DNA of 63,270 nucleotides, counting the filler, from Octopus bimaculoides (Eukaryota): assembly GCF_001194135.2 (NCBI RefSeq). It is 4 parts of 4 records of this genome, joined end to end, with 100 filler letters (N's around TTAATTAATTAA, not from the genome) between each part and the next. Parts side by side here need not be neighbours in the genome. Positions count along the whole stretch, not along the records: positions 22,682 to 52,306 come from NC_068983.1; 3 more parts are not named here. The stretch is one strand, 5' to 3'. The notes beneath the pieces were generated by a model. It saw only the letters and a list, made by a program, of their open reading frames with translations. It did not search any database and was not told the origin of the DNA. Positions 23,560 to 36,430 of this stretch are shown piece after piece. The translations under genes were made by a program, and so were the position numbers. Position 1 is the first letter of the stretch. Each line of letters begins with the position of its first letter.

Positions 23560-24700
23560 TGTCAATGTAAAAAGGAAAAACAGATTAGGTTTATCCGTGA
23601 AAAGAAAAGCCTACGGAAAAGACCACGGGAACCTTGGGCAATAGTGTCATGCAAAAAAAACACATTACAGTAAGTGGCTCTCTTTTTCCTTTCTTTTTTT
23701 TTTTTTTTGGTCCATAGGATTATGCTCAAGGCGGCTCCGTCATTCATGCGTGCCATCCTTGCTACATTCACCCATCTTTTTTTAAACATTCACTAGACAA
23801 AACTTCCCTCTCTACTCTCACCTTCCTCTTCAAGTGATATTTTAAGAAGTTGATGAGAGATTGACCAGAGAGGAAAGTGTTTGTCTCCGGACCTNNNNNN
23901 NNNNNNNNNNNNNNNNNNNNNNNNNNNNNNNNNNNNNNNNNNNNNNNNNNNNNNNNNNNNNNNNNNNNNNNNNNNNNNNNNNNNNNNNNNNNNNNNNNNN
24001 NNNNNNNNNNNNNNNNNNNNNNNNNNNNNNNNNNNNNNNNNNNNNNNNNNNNNNNNNNNNNNNNNNNNNNNNNNNNNNNNNNNNNNNNNNNNNNNNNNNN
24101 NNNNNNNNNNNNNNNNNNNNNNNNNNNNNNNNNNNNNNNNNNNNNNNNNNNNNNNNNNNNNNNNNNNNNNNNNNNNNNNNNNNNNNNNNNNNNNNNNNNN
24201 NNNNNNNNNNNNNNNNNNNNNNNNNNNNNNNNNNNNNNNNNNNNNNNNNNNNNNNNNNNNNNNNNNNNNNNNNNNNNNNNNNNNNNNNNNNNNNNNNNNN
24301 NNNNNNNNNNNNNNNNNNNNNNNNAGGTCCCGGCCCGAAAGTCGTCTTGAACAGACGGGTCAGGTATTTCTCGTCAACGCCCAGGTTCGCCCCGAGATCG
24401 CCGTTGTACCTCCCCTCCACTAATCCCCTATAGAATGCTTTGGTTGTGTTGAAGTCGCTCAAAGTCGACCCGGGACGGTATAGTTGCTTGGGAGCAACGC
24501 GACACTGGCGGTGCCATCCGCCCTTCCTCGGCCTCTTTTTGATCCACGACTGCAGTTCGGTCATAGAGACACGAGCTGCGGGAAAGCGCGCTTCACAAAC
24601 GGCGACCTCACTTGTTCACCGTCGTCTACGCAGAGCCGGAGATGCCGCAGTCTCAGCAACAAATACAACGTGTGATAATGTACAAACGAAAGAAAAATAC
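23560..24700 (-). mobile_element. L1/Tx1-like non-LTR retrotransposon, 3' end of ORF2 plus 3' UTR (gap inside)
   Basis: Open peptide ...DFNTTKAFYRGLVEGRYNGDLGANLGVDEKYLTRLFKTTFGPGP before the gap and LSGQSLINFLKYHLKRKVRVERE..FKKRWVNVARM after it, followed by an A-rich tail. The clade call is from motif resemblance. Confidence 0.6.
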
Positions 24701-25519
24701 TAAATACAAGTAATAGACTTTATAACTTCTCTATATTGCTTCCACAAAAGAAAAACTCAATTTCGCACGTGCGTGTGTGTGAACTTCACATCTACAGTAT
24801 GAAAATCAATTGTTGTCAAGAGCTAGCAAATATTTCTCATTTAATCCAGCGAAGACAGGTTTGTGATGCACGGGACATGACTCAGTAAAAACTAATACTA
24901 AAGGGAAATAACTCTTCCACTTTTAGCACGAAAGTTCATATAAATATATTATTTACGTTCCCACCCAAGTCATCTCTTTCTTTCGTCCATTTGGTATCGG
25001 CAAAATAAGTAACAATACATCCTTTATTGTCTACTGTCATAACAATAGAAATAATAATGCGAAATATTTGCTGAAACCCATAAGTTTTGAGGGAAGAATA
25101 ATTCATGCCTGCATACACACACACGCACAAAGACATACATATGTGCATACACAAGCACACATGCATGCTGACGCACACACATGCGCACAAACAGACAAAA
25201 AAGAATATAATACCAATAACGGACAGAGTCAACATTCATTGACAAGGTTGCAAAAGACAACGAAAATTTTGGAAGAAAAAATTTGAATAATAAATTAGTA
25301 GAAATCGAACCGGTGTGTGTGTGTGTTAGATAATAAGGCATTTAAACAATATGACTCTTCCCAGACACAATATGATTCATTGTTTATACCACTTCTCCGA
25401 ATTTTATTTGCGCAGAAATTAAACTAAAATGAAACTAGTACGTTAGAAAATCTCTGTTCGGGATAGAAGCAATATACGAATCAAAAAGTATTGCTTAAAG
25501 TGGTCAAAAGCAATATTTT

Positions 25520-28500
25520 AAATTACAACATCGCAGAACTATCCACACCTCCTCGAACTGTTGCACGAGTAGCACCGCCGAAGGAACTTGCAAGATGTTG
25601 TTCTTGTTCTTATCCTTCTTCTTCTTCCTCTTTCTTCTGTTTCTTCAGATTCTTCATCTTCTGTGAGCTATGAATTAGCGGCCCTCCAAGCTCAATTCGT
25701 GGACAGTGCTGGATAGATAAGTACGTTATTGGTACAGATGCAAATCCAGTCATGCCTTAGCAGAGTGTGGACATCCGGCGATCGCACAGTCCAAGTGTCA
25801 CTTAGGCGAATGTTCGTCTATGTTGGTACCGCCACAAATTCGGTAAGAGGGCTCGTAAATGTATTCACCCTGTTCATTTACAGTTTCTCTTTCGGGGAAT
25901 GACATGGCCAAGGACTAGTGGCGGCATCTGTATTTGACTCATCCCCGACACCGATCGGCCGGTATCCGTTTTCTTGTGGACACTGGGGCAGAAGTTAGTA
26001 TCCTGTCACCTACCCTGGTTCTAAGTAACAAGAAACTTTCGCCTATTGTTCTCCAGGCTGTTAATCACTCTTTGATTGCGACCTTCGGAGAGAAATCAAT
26101 TACCTTGGATTTTGGTCTCAGGCGAATTTTTCAGTAGGTTTTTGTAATCTCTTTTTTTTTATTTTTTACATCATTTCGGTTTGTTGACATCAAACACAAT
26201 AGAAAAGTGAATTCCACCACTGGTCTCAATGTTAGAGGTGTTATTACCAGGATCCCTTTTCTGAACCCTGTTTCTTTAAACCCTTCTTGTTCAAACAGGT
26301 ACGATGCTCTTTTGCGCAAGTATCCTGAATTATAACAATATCATTCAGTCAATCTATATATAAAACAAAGGATGTCTATGTGTGTCTGTTTGTATAATAT
26401 GTATGCATTTCTACAGTTTTCTACCAATTTTTATCAAACTTTACACACATATTACCTATGTGCCAAAGATGGTCATGCACTATAATTTTTTGCTCAGAGC
26501 TCCCGCGTAAAGCGAGAAATCGGGGGAAAGGGTGTTTTACACAGGTTTTTCTCTATAAACTGCAATTTCCAACCGATTCTCTCTCTCATTTTCTGCTTCT
26601 CTTGCTTACATATATTCTCTCTCACCCTCTGTAATAGTTCCTCTCTTTTAGTCAGTATTCTTTCCTTCCTTCTTTCCTGCCTTCTTTCTTTCCTTCCTTT
26701 CTTCCATCCTTTCTTTGTTTCGTTCTTTCCTTCTTTCTCCCTCCCTCTTTCTTTATTTCGCTCTTTCCCTCTTTCCTTCTTTATTTCTCCCTCTTCCTTT
26801 CTTTCTCCTTCCTCTTTTTTTTTCTCCCTCCCTCTTTCTCTCTGTCTTTCTTTCTGTTCGACCAAAGGCGGTGCTCCAGCATGACCACAGTCAAATGACT
26901 GAAACAAGTAAAAGAATTTTTAAAAAACTATGCCATTTTAATCCCTAACAAATAACTCTTTATTTTTCGTGCCATGCGTTGCAAGTAACATGTTAATGTT
27001 GATTTGAGCAAGAGCAAAGTACTCACAGTATTCCGGTTGGAATAAGGTAGGTATGTAAAGGTTGCTGCAGTAAAAACATGCTTGAAATATGAAACAAAAA
27101 ACATAGGTTAGTTAAGCTCTGGTTCTCGAAGTGACTTATCACTAACCAGCTAGCTTATCAACTGACACTTGGTCAAAGCATTTCAATTCAGCCCTGTGCT
27201 CTTTGACATCCTAGCAGTCAGAGAGAGAGTGTATGTGTGAGCGAGAGAGACAGAGCGCATTCACATGGCCACCAGAATATATAGGTATGCAGTCACGCCA
27301 CTTAGTGGGACCTGTAAATCGAATGTTGACACAAGAATCCGGTTCTCCGCAGAAACTAGACAAGGGGCGAAATTCAGCTATCTCGTTTACTACTACAATC
27401 CTATAACTTGCCCTATATTTAAGAATCGTCCAGTCGCCCACTCTGTGACCCACCATATTGTTACTGATGGACCACCGGTATTTTTTAAACCATATCGACT
27501 TGCTTTTGATCGTGCGAAGATTGCATTGGCTGAGTTTGAGCACATACTGGAACAAAGTATTGTTTGTCCATTCAGCAGCCGTTTGATCTCACCCCTTCAT
27601 ATGGTCCCAAAAAAATCTTTCGGTGACTTGCAGTCCTATGGTGACAATAGCCTGTTGAATGCTCGAACGAGGCCTAATAAATGCCTTGTTCCTCATTTAC
27701 AGGACTTTTCTTCCGCTCTACATGGTGCCAGGGTGTTTTCAAAGATTGATCTTTTTCGGGCATACAATCAGATACCCATCGAGACGGATGATATTTCGAA
27801 GACAGCTATCACTATTGCCTTCGGGTTTTTCGAAATCCTCAAAATGCCATTTGGTTTGCGCAATGCTTCTTCAACTTTCCAACGTATCATTGATGCTGTA
27901 ATCCAAAGTTTACTCTATATTTATGTGTATATAGATGACTTGTTCGTTGCCAGCGCAAACGAAGACATGCACGAAAAACATCTGCAGTTACTTTTAAATC
28001 GTCTTTCTCACAACGGCGTAGTTATGACCCCAATAAATGCCTTTTCGGATCTTTTTCTTTATTCTTTCTGGGCAACCGTATTGATGAAAAAGGTATTCAC
28101 CCTCACGACGAGAACGTTAAATCAGTTTTGTATTTTCCTTCTCCTACTTCCTTGAGACAGCTGAGAGGTTTATTGACCTGATCAATTTTTATCGTCGGTT
28201 TATTCCTCGTTGTGCAGAACTTATACACCTCCTCCCGGATATTCTTCGACATCGCACGAAAAAAAACCCAGCATATCACTCTTGATGATACAGTCTGCAG
28301 CCTTTAATGAAATTGAGAATACCTTAGCTGACGTTGGTTCATCTGAAGTCTGGTGCACCACTCTGTTAGTTGATGCATCAGATACTGGTGTTGGTGGCAT
28401 TCTTCAAAAGAATATAAATGGAACTTAGCAGCCACTTTCCTTTTTCGCCGAGCAATTCAAAGTGACTGAGACGAAATATAGTACTTTTGGCCGAAAATTG

Positions 28501-29290
28501 TTAGCAGCGAACCTTAGTATTAAACACTTCCGGCACATGCTGGAGGGTTCTGTGTTTTCTATCATAAGCCTCTAACATACGCTCTGCGCTCCAATTCCGA
28601 TCGTCACTCACCAAGGGAAATTTGGCACCTTGATTTTATATCACAATACACCACGGATATTTGGCTCGGATAATTCTTCCTCTACCCTTTTCTCTTGGTA
28701 ATATTTGGTGTGACATTTCTACGGAGCACGAACGTTTCTTTGTTCCAAAGAAGTATAGGTATTTGGATTTTTTCTGCTCTTCACAATTTATCACATCCTG
28801 GAGTAAATTCCACCCTGAAGTTGATTGCTGCCCGATTTGTATGTTGCTGGTATCAACAAATATACCAGGGAATCAGCCAAGAGTTGCGTCCCTTGTCAGA
28901 AAGCGAAACTTCATTGCCTTGTCAAATCACCTCTGGGAATTTTCTCAATACCAGATGCACGTTTCAAACACGTGCATATTGATATCATTGGACCACTGCC
29001 ACCATTTCAATATTACACACCTTTTGACCTGTGTGGATTGTTTTTATCCATGGCCCGAAATCATCCCTCTTCGAGATACCACAGCAGAAACAATAGCTAA
29101 AGCTCTCCTTCAACATTGGATTGCAAGTTTTGGTACATTTACTTCCATTACAACAGACAGACGACGTCAGTTTGAGTTCAATGTCTTCTCGGAATTGAAA
29201 CGTCTTTTACGTTGAAAAGGTCTCCTGCAACTGCTTACCATCCTGCAGCCAATGATACGGTGGGACGGTTCCACTGACAACTGAAATCAG
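25520..29290 (+). mobile_element. Ty3/Gypsy LTR-retrotransposon internal region, degenerate (gag-PR-RT-RH-IN); no LTRs identified
   Basis: gag motif CWYRHKFGKRARKC at 25821; protease FLVDTGAEVS (ORF 25934-26137); RT SKIDLFRAYNQI, MPFGLRNASSTFQ and YIDD (ORF 27265-28155); RNase H LVDASDTGVGGIL and KYSTFGRKLLA; integrase HNLSHPG..C..CQK, VHIDIIGPLP, ITTDRRRQF and AYHPAAN. Multiple stops and frameshifts. Confidence 0.95.
26331..27407. mobile_element. ~1.07-kb composite insertion nested in the Gypsy pol between PR and RT
   Basis: The Gypsy peptide stops at LLRKYPEL and resumes at TCPIFKNRPVAHSVTHHIVT. TATAAC occurs at both junctions (26331-26336, 27402-27407). It contains a TCTATATATAAAA-type start, a CT-rich tract and a SINE tail. 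Confidence 0.6.
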
Positions 29291-31709
29291 AGAAAGCATC
29301 TACTTCTATCGAGTTCTTCACTCTTTCCTTCTCCTCAAGGGTCTATTCCAGTCTCTGCAAACATGATACTGTTTGACTATTTTTTTTTCAGAGCAGTCAT
29401 TTACCAACCTCCAATGCATTGCCTTCACTTACATATCATTTAGCCATGGATAACCACTTTCTTAATTACTCTAAGTCTCTTTATCTCTGTGTATGTGTTT
29501 GTGTGTGTGTGTGTAAAAAGTCAGTTATCAAGTAGTGAGCAATAAATATAAACACACATACACGTACATATATATGATAGACATCCGCAACAGTTCCTAC
29601 CTACCAAATTCATTCTTAAGACATTAGTTAGCCCAGAGCTACAGTAGAAGACACTGGCCAAAAGTGTTGCACAGTTGGGAGCTGTTTGCATAGCAAATTT
29701 ATTTGTTATTCATGCATATATACCTCACATATACATAATAGCCATATCTGTACCTATGCGTAAATGAGTTGTAAAACCAAATGCTGAACATCTGGATTTT
29801 GAGTGACTTATATCCATCATAGTCAGAGAAATAGCAACAATCAGCTTTGTAATGTAAATATTCTGAATAAGCAGTGGGTTTTTCAGTTGGAGATCCTACA
29901 GTCACCACTCCACAACACTCAACTTTTGTTGATTCCTAAATCAGGAACAGGGTCATACATACGTAGGGAAGAAATATGTTAGACAGAATTTACTCCAGTA
30001 CATTACTGATATTTACTTTATTGAAGCCTGGCTCCCAAGATCTTTACAAGTGAAAGTGTGTGGCCTAGTGATTAGGCATTGAGCTGCTGATCATATTTGA
30101 TTCTCAACCTTGGTGGCATGTTGTGTTCTTAAGCAAAGCACTTAATTTCATTGTTTCAGTCTACTCAGCATTGCATTCATGTAGGAAACTTGTTCACTTG
30201 GTTATCTAAGCATATTGCAAGCCCAGTTTAAGTGATCTTTACAAATTTGAGCATTGGTTAATCTTAACATTTCAGTCACATAAAATATAAAATAAACACA
30301 CATACATATAAGGGTCTTTTTCTTCTTTTTTTTTTAACGAAAATATTACAACTATAATGCACCAAAAATTTTTTAATGATAATTTTGGGCTATTTGTAAC
30401 TATTGAGTTTCTTGAAATCAACATGTATTTCAATTTTCAAAGCAATTTTAATGTAAGTAAAAAGAAAATAGATGCATAAATATAAAACATGATATAACAA
30501 TTAGAAACAGAACCATGATGTAGGACTTAGATGTTGTTTACTTTTGTATTATTCTTTTAACAAAATGAAAATGTTAGAAAAATTTGAAGCAGACCTTTTT
30601 TTTTTTTATAGTCATCAAACTCTTGGCAATGGAAAATAGCAACAATGAAGGCATCAACAATACTGAAATAGTTGACTCCTACTGGTAAGAATTCCAGAAA
30701 ATTTCAATTTTTTTTTCCTTTTTCCTGGTTTCATTCATTGAAATACATTCATGCTATAACATAACCTGTAAGGAATTTTGGTTGAATTATGTGGAAATTA
30801 TGTGAATTATGAAAAAACTATTATATTTACTTTGTTAATCAGTTCACATCATTAAAAAAAATCCATAGAATAATATATATATATAAATACACACACACGT
30901 GTATATATCCAATGGCCTTCCATACATTTTCTGTCTATAAAACTTTATTCACAAAGCTTTAGTCCATCCAAGACTATAGTAAAGACACTTGTCCAAGCTG
31001 CCTAACAGTGAAACTGAAACTACGTGATTGCAAGGTAAAGTTTTTAACCCTACATACATGCCTTGTTAAAGAATGGTAAAAACAGTCCAAAATTTTTTTA
31101 CATGTTTGTTTTTTAATGTTTCTAGTTTCATAAAACTTCTGGCAGTTTCTTTTTATTCTTTTCATCTGAACAGAAATATCATTATATGCTATGTAAAACA
31201 TCCATCCATTTACAATGGTTAATCATTTCTCAAATTAAAAGGTTTCATATTATCAGTATTTACCTCTGGTTTCAGTTGTCATGAAGGATGAGATACAGAC
31301 TGCCTCATGTTGTTAGCTTTCCTTGCTAGAGATATTGAACTCTAGGTTCAAATCACTGGAAAACTTGCAAATTATACAGAGTAACAACTTCTACTTGTCA
31401 TCATGAACTATACCATCCTGCAATACTCATTAACAGGTAAATGGACTCCACTGTTGAAAGCACAGTGTCTTGGAGCCATGGATATGAAATACCTGCATTT
31501 CAGTTGGTTGCCAGTTATTCTGTGCACCATAAGTGCAGTCTGTTTCCAACGCATACACACACAAACAGACAAATATATGCTGTCCTAAATATTTCATACA
31601 ACATGAACAGTTTGGTAAATATTTATTAAAAATAAAACATATAGTTAACAAGAATATTTAATTAATATGCATTATATAGATGTTAGCAACACACACATAT
31701 AATACAAAC

Positions 31710-31803
<94 letters not shown>

Positions 31804-31873
31804 GCACACACACAGTAATATCAAACAATGAGAATGTGTGCTCAACACTGCATTAGTGGATAAAAATTAAGGT

Positions 31874-32014
31874 TACCATTGGTTTCATGTTAAGGGAAGT
31901 CCCTCAGCAATTATGAAGCCTGTCACATGGAACATCAGTGTTTGTCTCCATTTTGGATTAGACAAACACTGCTGTTCCATGTGACAGGCATCCCTTAACA
32001 TGAAACCAATGGTA
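31874..32014. repeat. Near-perfect 141-nt foldback (24-bp outer stem, 20-nt bulge, 30-bp inner stem, 12-nt loop)
   Basis: TACCATTGGTTTCATGTTAAGGGA pairs with TCCCTTAACATGAAACCAATGGTA. GCCTGTCACATGGAACATCAGTGTTTGTCT pairs with AGACAAACACTGCTGTTCCATGTGACAGGC with one mismatch. Confidence 0.9.
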
Positions 32015-34266
32015 GATTTAACCTATAAATAAAAGTTAACAGGGACTTCCAAATTTCACCTATTGGCTTATTCAACCAGATTGGTTGAATAAGTTGATAA
32101 ATGAAACCTCAAATTCAAATCAACTCAACTTTTACAATAAATTTCAATCTATTCACATCCCATAAGTAAATATTCCATTGGTATTCTTAAATTAGTTTTT
32201 AAACTTAAACTTTAACACACACACACAATGTATAGTGTATATGTGTATACATAGAAAATGAGCCAAGCATTTAATTTCAAAAATTAAAACTTACTAGAAA
32301 TTGCCCAAATTCTTCACCAGACTAAGGCAGAAAGCATGAAAAACCATTTGTTTTGTAGATTTTTTTTTTTACCCTTTTAATGCTAAACGATCTTAATCAA
32401 CTCATTCATATTTAAATTAAAATTTCAATAATCTCACTAGATGAGATTTCAGTTGGCCAAATCCAGGATTAATATGTATCAATGTATAAAGTTGCAGATA
32501 TTTTATTAAACACCCGCAAAATGTATTTTTTTACTGGAAATTAATTCAAACATTTAGACACAATCTACTAATTAGACAACAGAGTCAAATGATGTTTACA
32601 TAAAATACATGAGTTCCTAACTTTAGATTCAGCAGCGCCAAATAGGTGAGAGATCAAAATATCCCCTGGGTACACAATCAGACTATCACTCTCAGAAGAT
32701 ACATTATTTATATTCAACCAACTGAACACCTAGAAATATCAAAATGTCTATCACAGATATGAATTTGTGATACACTAGTTGTTAATCTAATTTATTATGT
32801 CGATGAGTATTGCACATTTAAGATATGAAACTGACAATACCAAGTAATAATAATTGTTTCTTATTTAGGTACAGAGAGAAGGAGTTAATTGATACCATCA
32901 ACCTCAACACTTGACTAGTACTTTATTTTTTTTTATGAAAGGATGAAGAGCAAAGTTGACTCCAGTGGGATTTAAACTCAGAACATAAAGAAGTGCAACA
33001 AAAACACAAGGTATTTTTCCAATGCTCTGATGATTTTGCCAGCTCACCACCTTATAAAGCTCATAAAAATGAAAATGAACCAGAAATTATCCAAATTAGT
33101 AATTTGAAACTATTTGTAATTAATAGTTATCCAAATTAATAACTAGAATAATTTCATTGAACCATACTAGAAATTATCCAGATTTCTACACTGGTTCAAT
33201 GTTTTTTTTTTTTGTTTTTCATGTTTTAGGAAAAAGAGAAAGTTTATGCATCTTTAATCTGGTGAAGGAGTTGGATAATTTCTAGTCAGTTTTAGAACCA
33301 CACTAGAAATTATCCAAATTTCTATAATGGTTCAATGAGCATCAAATCTCTGGAACTCTCTCTTCACACATGGTTCCTGCAGACATTGAGGTACAGATGT
33401 CCAATCTGGACAAATAGCATTAATCTCATCAGCTACAAATGGTTTATGTAGGTTATGGACACTGCTCACTGCTATTGAGCAAACCATTAAAAAATGCCAA
33501 AGAGACTAATCTTGTCACGTTAAAAGAAGGGTGAAGATGACAGACAAAGGAAGTGTGCAAATTATATGAAAGAAGGTAGGATAATTGTCATAGGAAATCT
33601 GTCTTTAACAATAACAATTACTAACAAAAGCAAAAGGCCACAAATTTTGGAGGAAGGAGTTCAGTCTTTTAAATCAATTCTTCTGAGGTGAAGAAAATAA
33701 GTAGCAGTCAAATCCTAAACTTGACTGGTACTTATTTTCTTGAATCCAGGAGGATGAAAAGCAAAGTTGACCTTGGTAGGCTTTGAACTCAGAATGTAAA
33801 GAGATGTAACTAAACATCACAAAGCATATTGTTCATTGTTCAATCAATTTTGTCAATTTAATGCGCTTGTTTTTACAAGATGTGAAGCATGATTACAAAG
33901 TATTAAAAGAGGCCAAAATAACCAATAAAGATAAATATGTTCATAATATAATTTTGATTATCATATTTAATCAAATTTCAACTTTATTTATCATGAATAC
34001 ATGCTGAATTCCTGATTTAAAATATTGAATTAAAAATATAATTAAACTAGTGACAAGTTATTCATAATTTCTTTTACTGTTATTTATTGTGTGTTTGTGT
34101 GTGTCTGTGTACAATGATGCAGTCATATTTATGAATATTTATAAAATTTTACAAAATAAACAGAAAGAGCAAAAGAGATTGATCAGATTGTTCAAAAGTA
34201 GTTAATATCACTAGCTAAAATTGATAATGAATGTGGCGTAATATAAGGAGACGACATAAATCCATT

Positions 34267-34308
34267 TCACATTTGTCGCAATCGAGCTAACCGTTGGCTA
34301 AGTTCATC
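34267..34308 (-). CDS. CHMP1B: CHMP1B exon 7 (last coding): DELSQRLARLRQM*
   Basis: Acceptor cttttctacttttcacAG, 42 nt, TGA stop. Encodes the C-terminal MIT-interacting MIM1 motif. Confidence 0.95.
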   Translation of the reverse strand, partial: DELSQRLARLRQM

Positions 34309-34582
34309 CTGTGAAAAGTAGAAAAGAAGAACATTATTCATTATGTAATTTTATGCATGTAACTAAAAACATAACCCCCTTATGGCTTCTCAGTTTCTTT
34401 AAGCCCATGTCAGCGTTTAACCTTACATTTTATACATTTATTCTAGTAATTCACACATTTGTAATCAGTGACAATTACTTTTAAAATAATAACTATCTTT
34501 ACTGCTTTTCGACTAAAAATAATTACTATATCAGAAAGAAACAGAGCAGAGCTGACTACATTGACCCCAATATATAATTCTT

Positions 34583-34807
34583 TTACTCTTTTACTTGTTT
34601 CAGTCATTTGACTGTGGCCATGCTGGAGCACCGCCTTTAGTTGAGCAAATCGACCCCAGGACTTATTCTTTGTAAGCCTAGTACTTATTCTATCGGTCCC
34701 TTTTGCCGAACTGCTAAGTTACGGGGACATAAACACACCAGCATTGGTTGTCAAGTGATGTTGGAGGAACAAACACAGACACGCAAACATATACAGACAC
34801 ATACGTG

Positions 34808-34839
<32 letters not shown>

Positions 34840-34998
34840 TACGACGGGCTTCTTTCAGTTTCCGTCTACCAAATCCACTCACAAGGCTTTGGTCGGCCCG
34901 AGGCTATAGTAGAAGACACTTGCCCAAGGTGCCACGCAGTGGGACTGAACCCGGAACCGTGTGGTTGGTAAACAAGCTACTTACCACACAGCCAGTCC
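34583..34998 (-). mobile_element. SINE family 1, full-length copy in CHMP1B intron 6
   Basis: Near-identical to 6369-6760. Further partial copies at about 10663-10797, 26860-26918, 40375-40600, 50790-50880 and 59140-59460. Confidence 0.85.
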
Positions 34999-36345
34999 TT
35001 CGCCTTGGTAATTATTTTATCTATTCCAGTGGAATTGTGGAATTAGCTGATAAGAGGTCCTCTATGCAGTCACTTCACCTGCAACAAGTAGTTCATTATT
35101 ATCATATATTTTTCTTGCTGTTTGGCCCCAGGTCAGTCATGACAGAGCAGACTTATATTGAAAGGTGTTCCAACACTTATTGTCCTGTCTTTGTGCACAG
35201 CTAAGACAACATTGTCCAGTGTGTCCTTCAGTTTTTAAAGACATTATTATATGTTATTTGACTGCTGTTTCTAATAGTTAAGTACCTACATGAAGGCTTT
35301 CTCAATGGCTGTCTGTTTTATTAGCAACTAAAGCAGACAGTCTGTGTAAAGTTGCCTAACATTTTTTACAAATTTCTTACATAGCACAGAAAGAAAATTG
35401 ATGCCAAGTTTCTGGGCTGATTTCTTTCTTTATTTTATTAAAGAAGTAAAAACAATGTGGTGAACAGTTGAGAAAATTATACTAATAAAGACTAATCTAA
35501 ATATGTTCAGGTATATAAAAGGAGTGTTTGTTGCAACTAATTTCATATATATGAGTGTTATGTACACTTTAGAAAGGAGAAAAACAGTAAGCATGGGTTG
35601 TAAGAGTTGCAGTTTAGCTCCAGACCAGGTATGATTGAATAAACTTATGATCAAAGGCGTCAAACATGGCACAGTGCATCCACGATATTTCCCAATATCT
35701 CCTTCTTTTCTAAGAATGTATGATAGCAAGGGAATTTGGCTGTTATTTCTAGCAGGTTGAACAATCATGTAAAGATTGTTATTGGAGTGTGTTGTAATAC
35801 TATTTTGATCTGCTGTTTAGTTATTTTTATCTTATTAAACTGGCTCATAAATTGGTAGACAATATAAAATATATATTTCATAATTAACAACCTACTTTCA
35901 TCCAACTGCAATAATACAGTTATTTCATATATTAAGAAAATACACCAACATTGTCATATATTTCATTAAAAAAACATGTGGCTAAAATCTTTATATTTTC
36001 AAGAGATGTCAGGCTTTACACTCATTGATAATCTTTCATGATGACTAAACATTTATAATGTTGCAAGAATTGCCTTCCAGAGTCTGCATTTCGTCCTCTG
36101 AGCTATGATTTCAGCTGTAAATAGTTGATAAAATTTCATGCAAGTAGCTTTGCTAAACCTATTTATAGCAAGATACAAAAGGCTTAACAAATTCTAGAGA
36201 CTGCTTGAAGTCCTTGGCTGGTGAATCCACTATCTACTTCAAATGTACCAAATAAGAAGAAACAGGAAGAAATAGCATGGGGAACTATAAGGAGAAAAAG
36301 AATGACAAAATAAAAAGTGGATGAGCTGAAATGTCTTTTACAAAC

Positions 36346-36430
36346 CTGTTCCTGTGTTGAATTTGTGGCAGCTGTGGCAGAACTGAGAGCAGAGTCTCGG
36401 GCAGAGGGAAGATTCATATTTAATTCCAAT
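36346..36430 (-). CDS. CHMP1B: CHMP1B exon 6: (G)LELNMNLPSARDSALSSATAATNSTQEQ
   Basis: Acceptor ttacAG, 85 nt, phase 2 to 0, donor CAG|GTTTGT. Confidence 0.93.

Noticed and set aside
7812-24564. Long ORFs in the track made of X runs or YI/CV/TH repeats (also at 49238-49874 and 61492-63243)
   Set aside because: Artefacts of N gaps and microsatellites.
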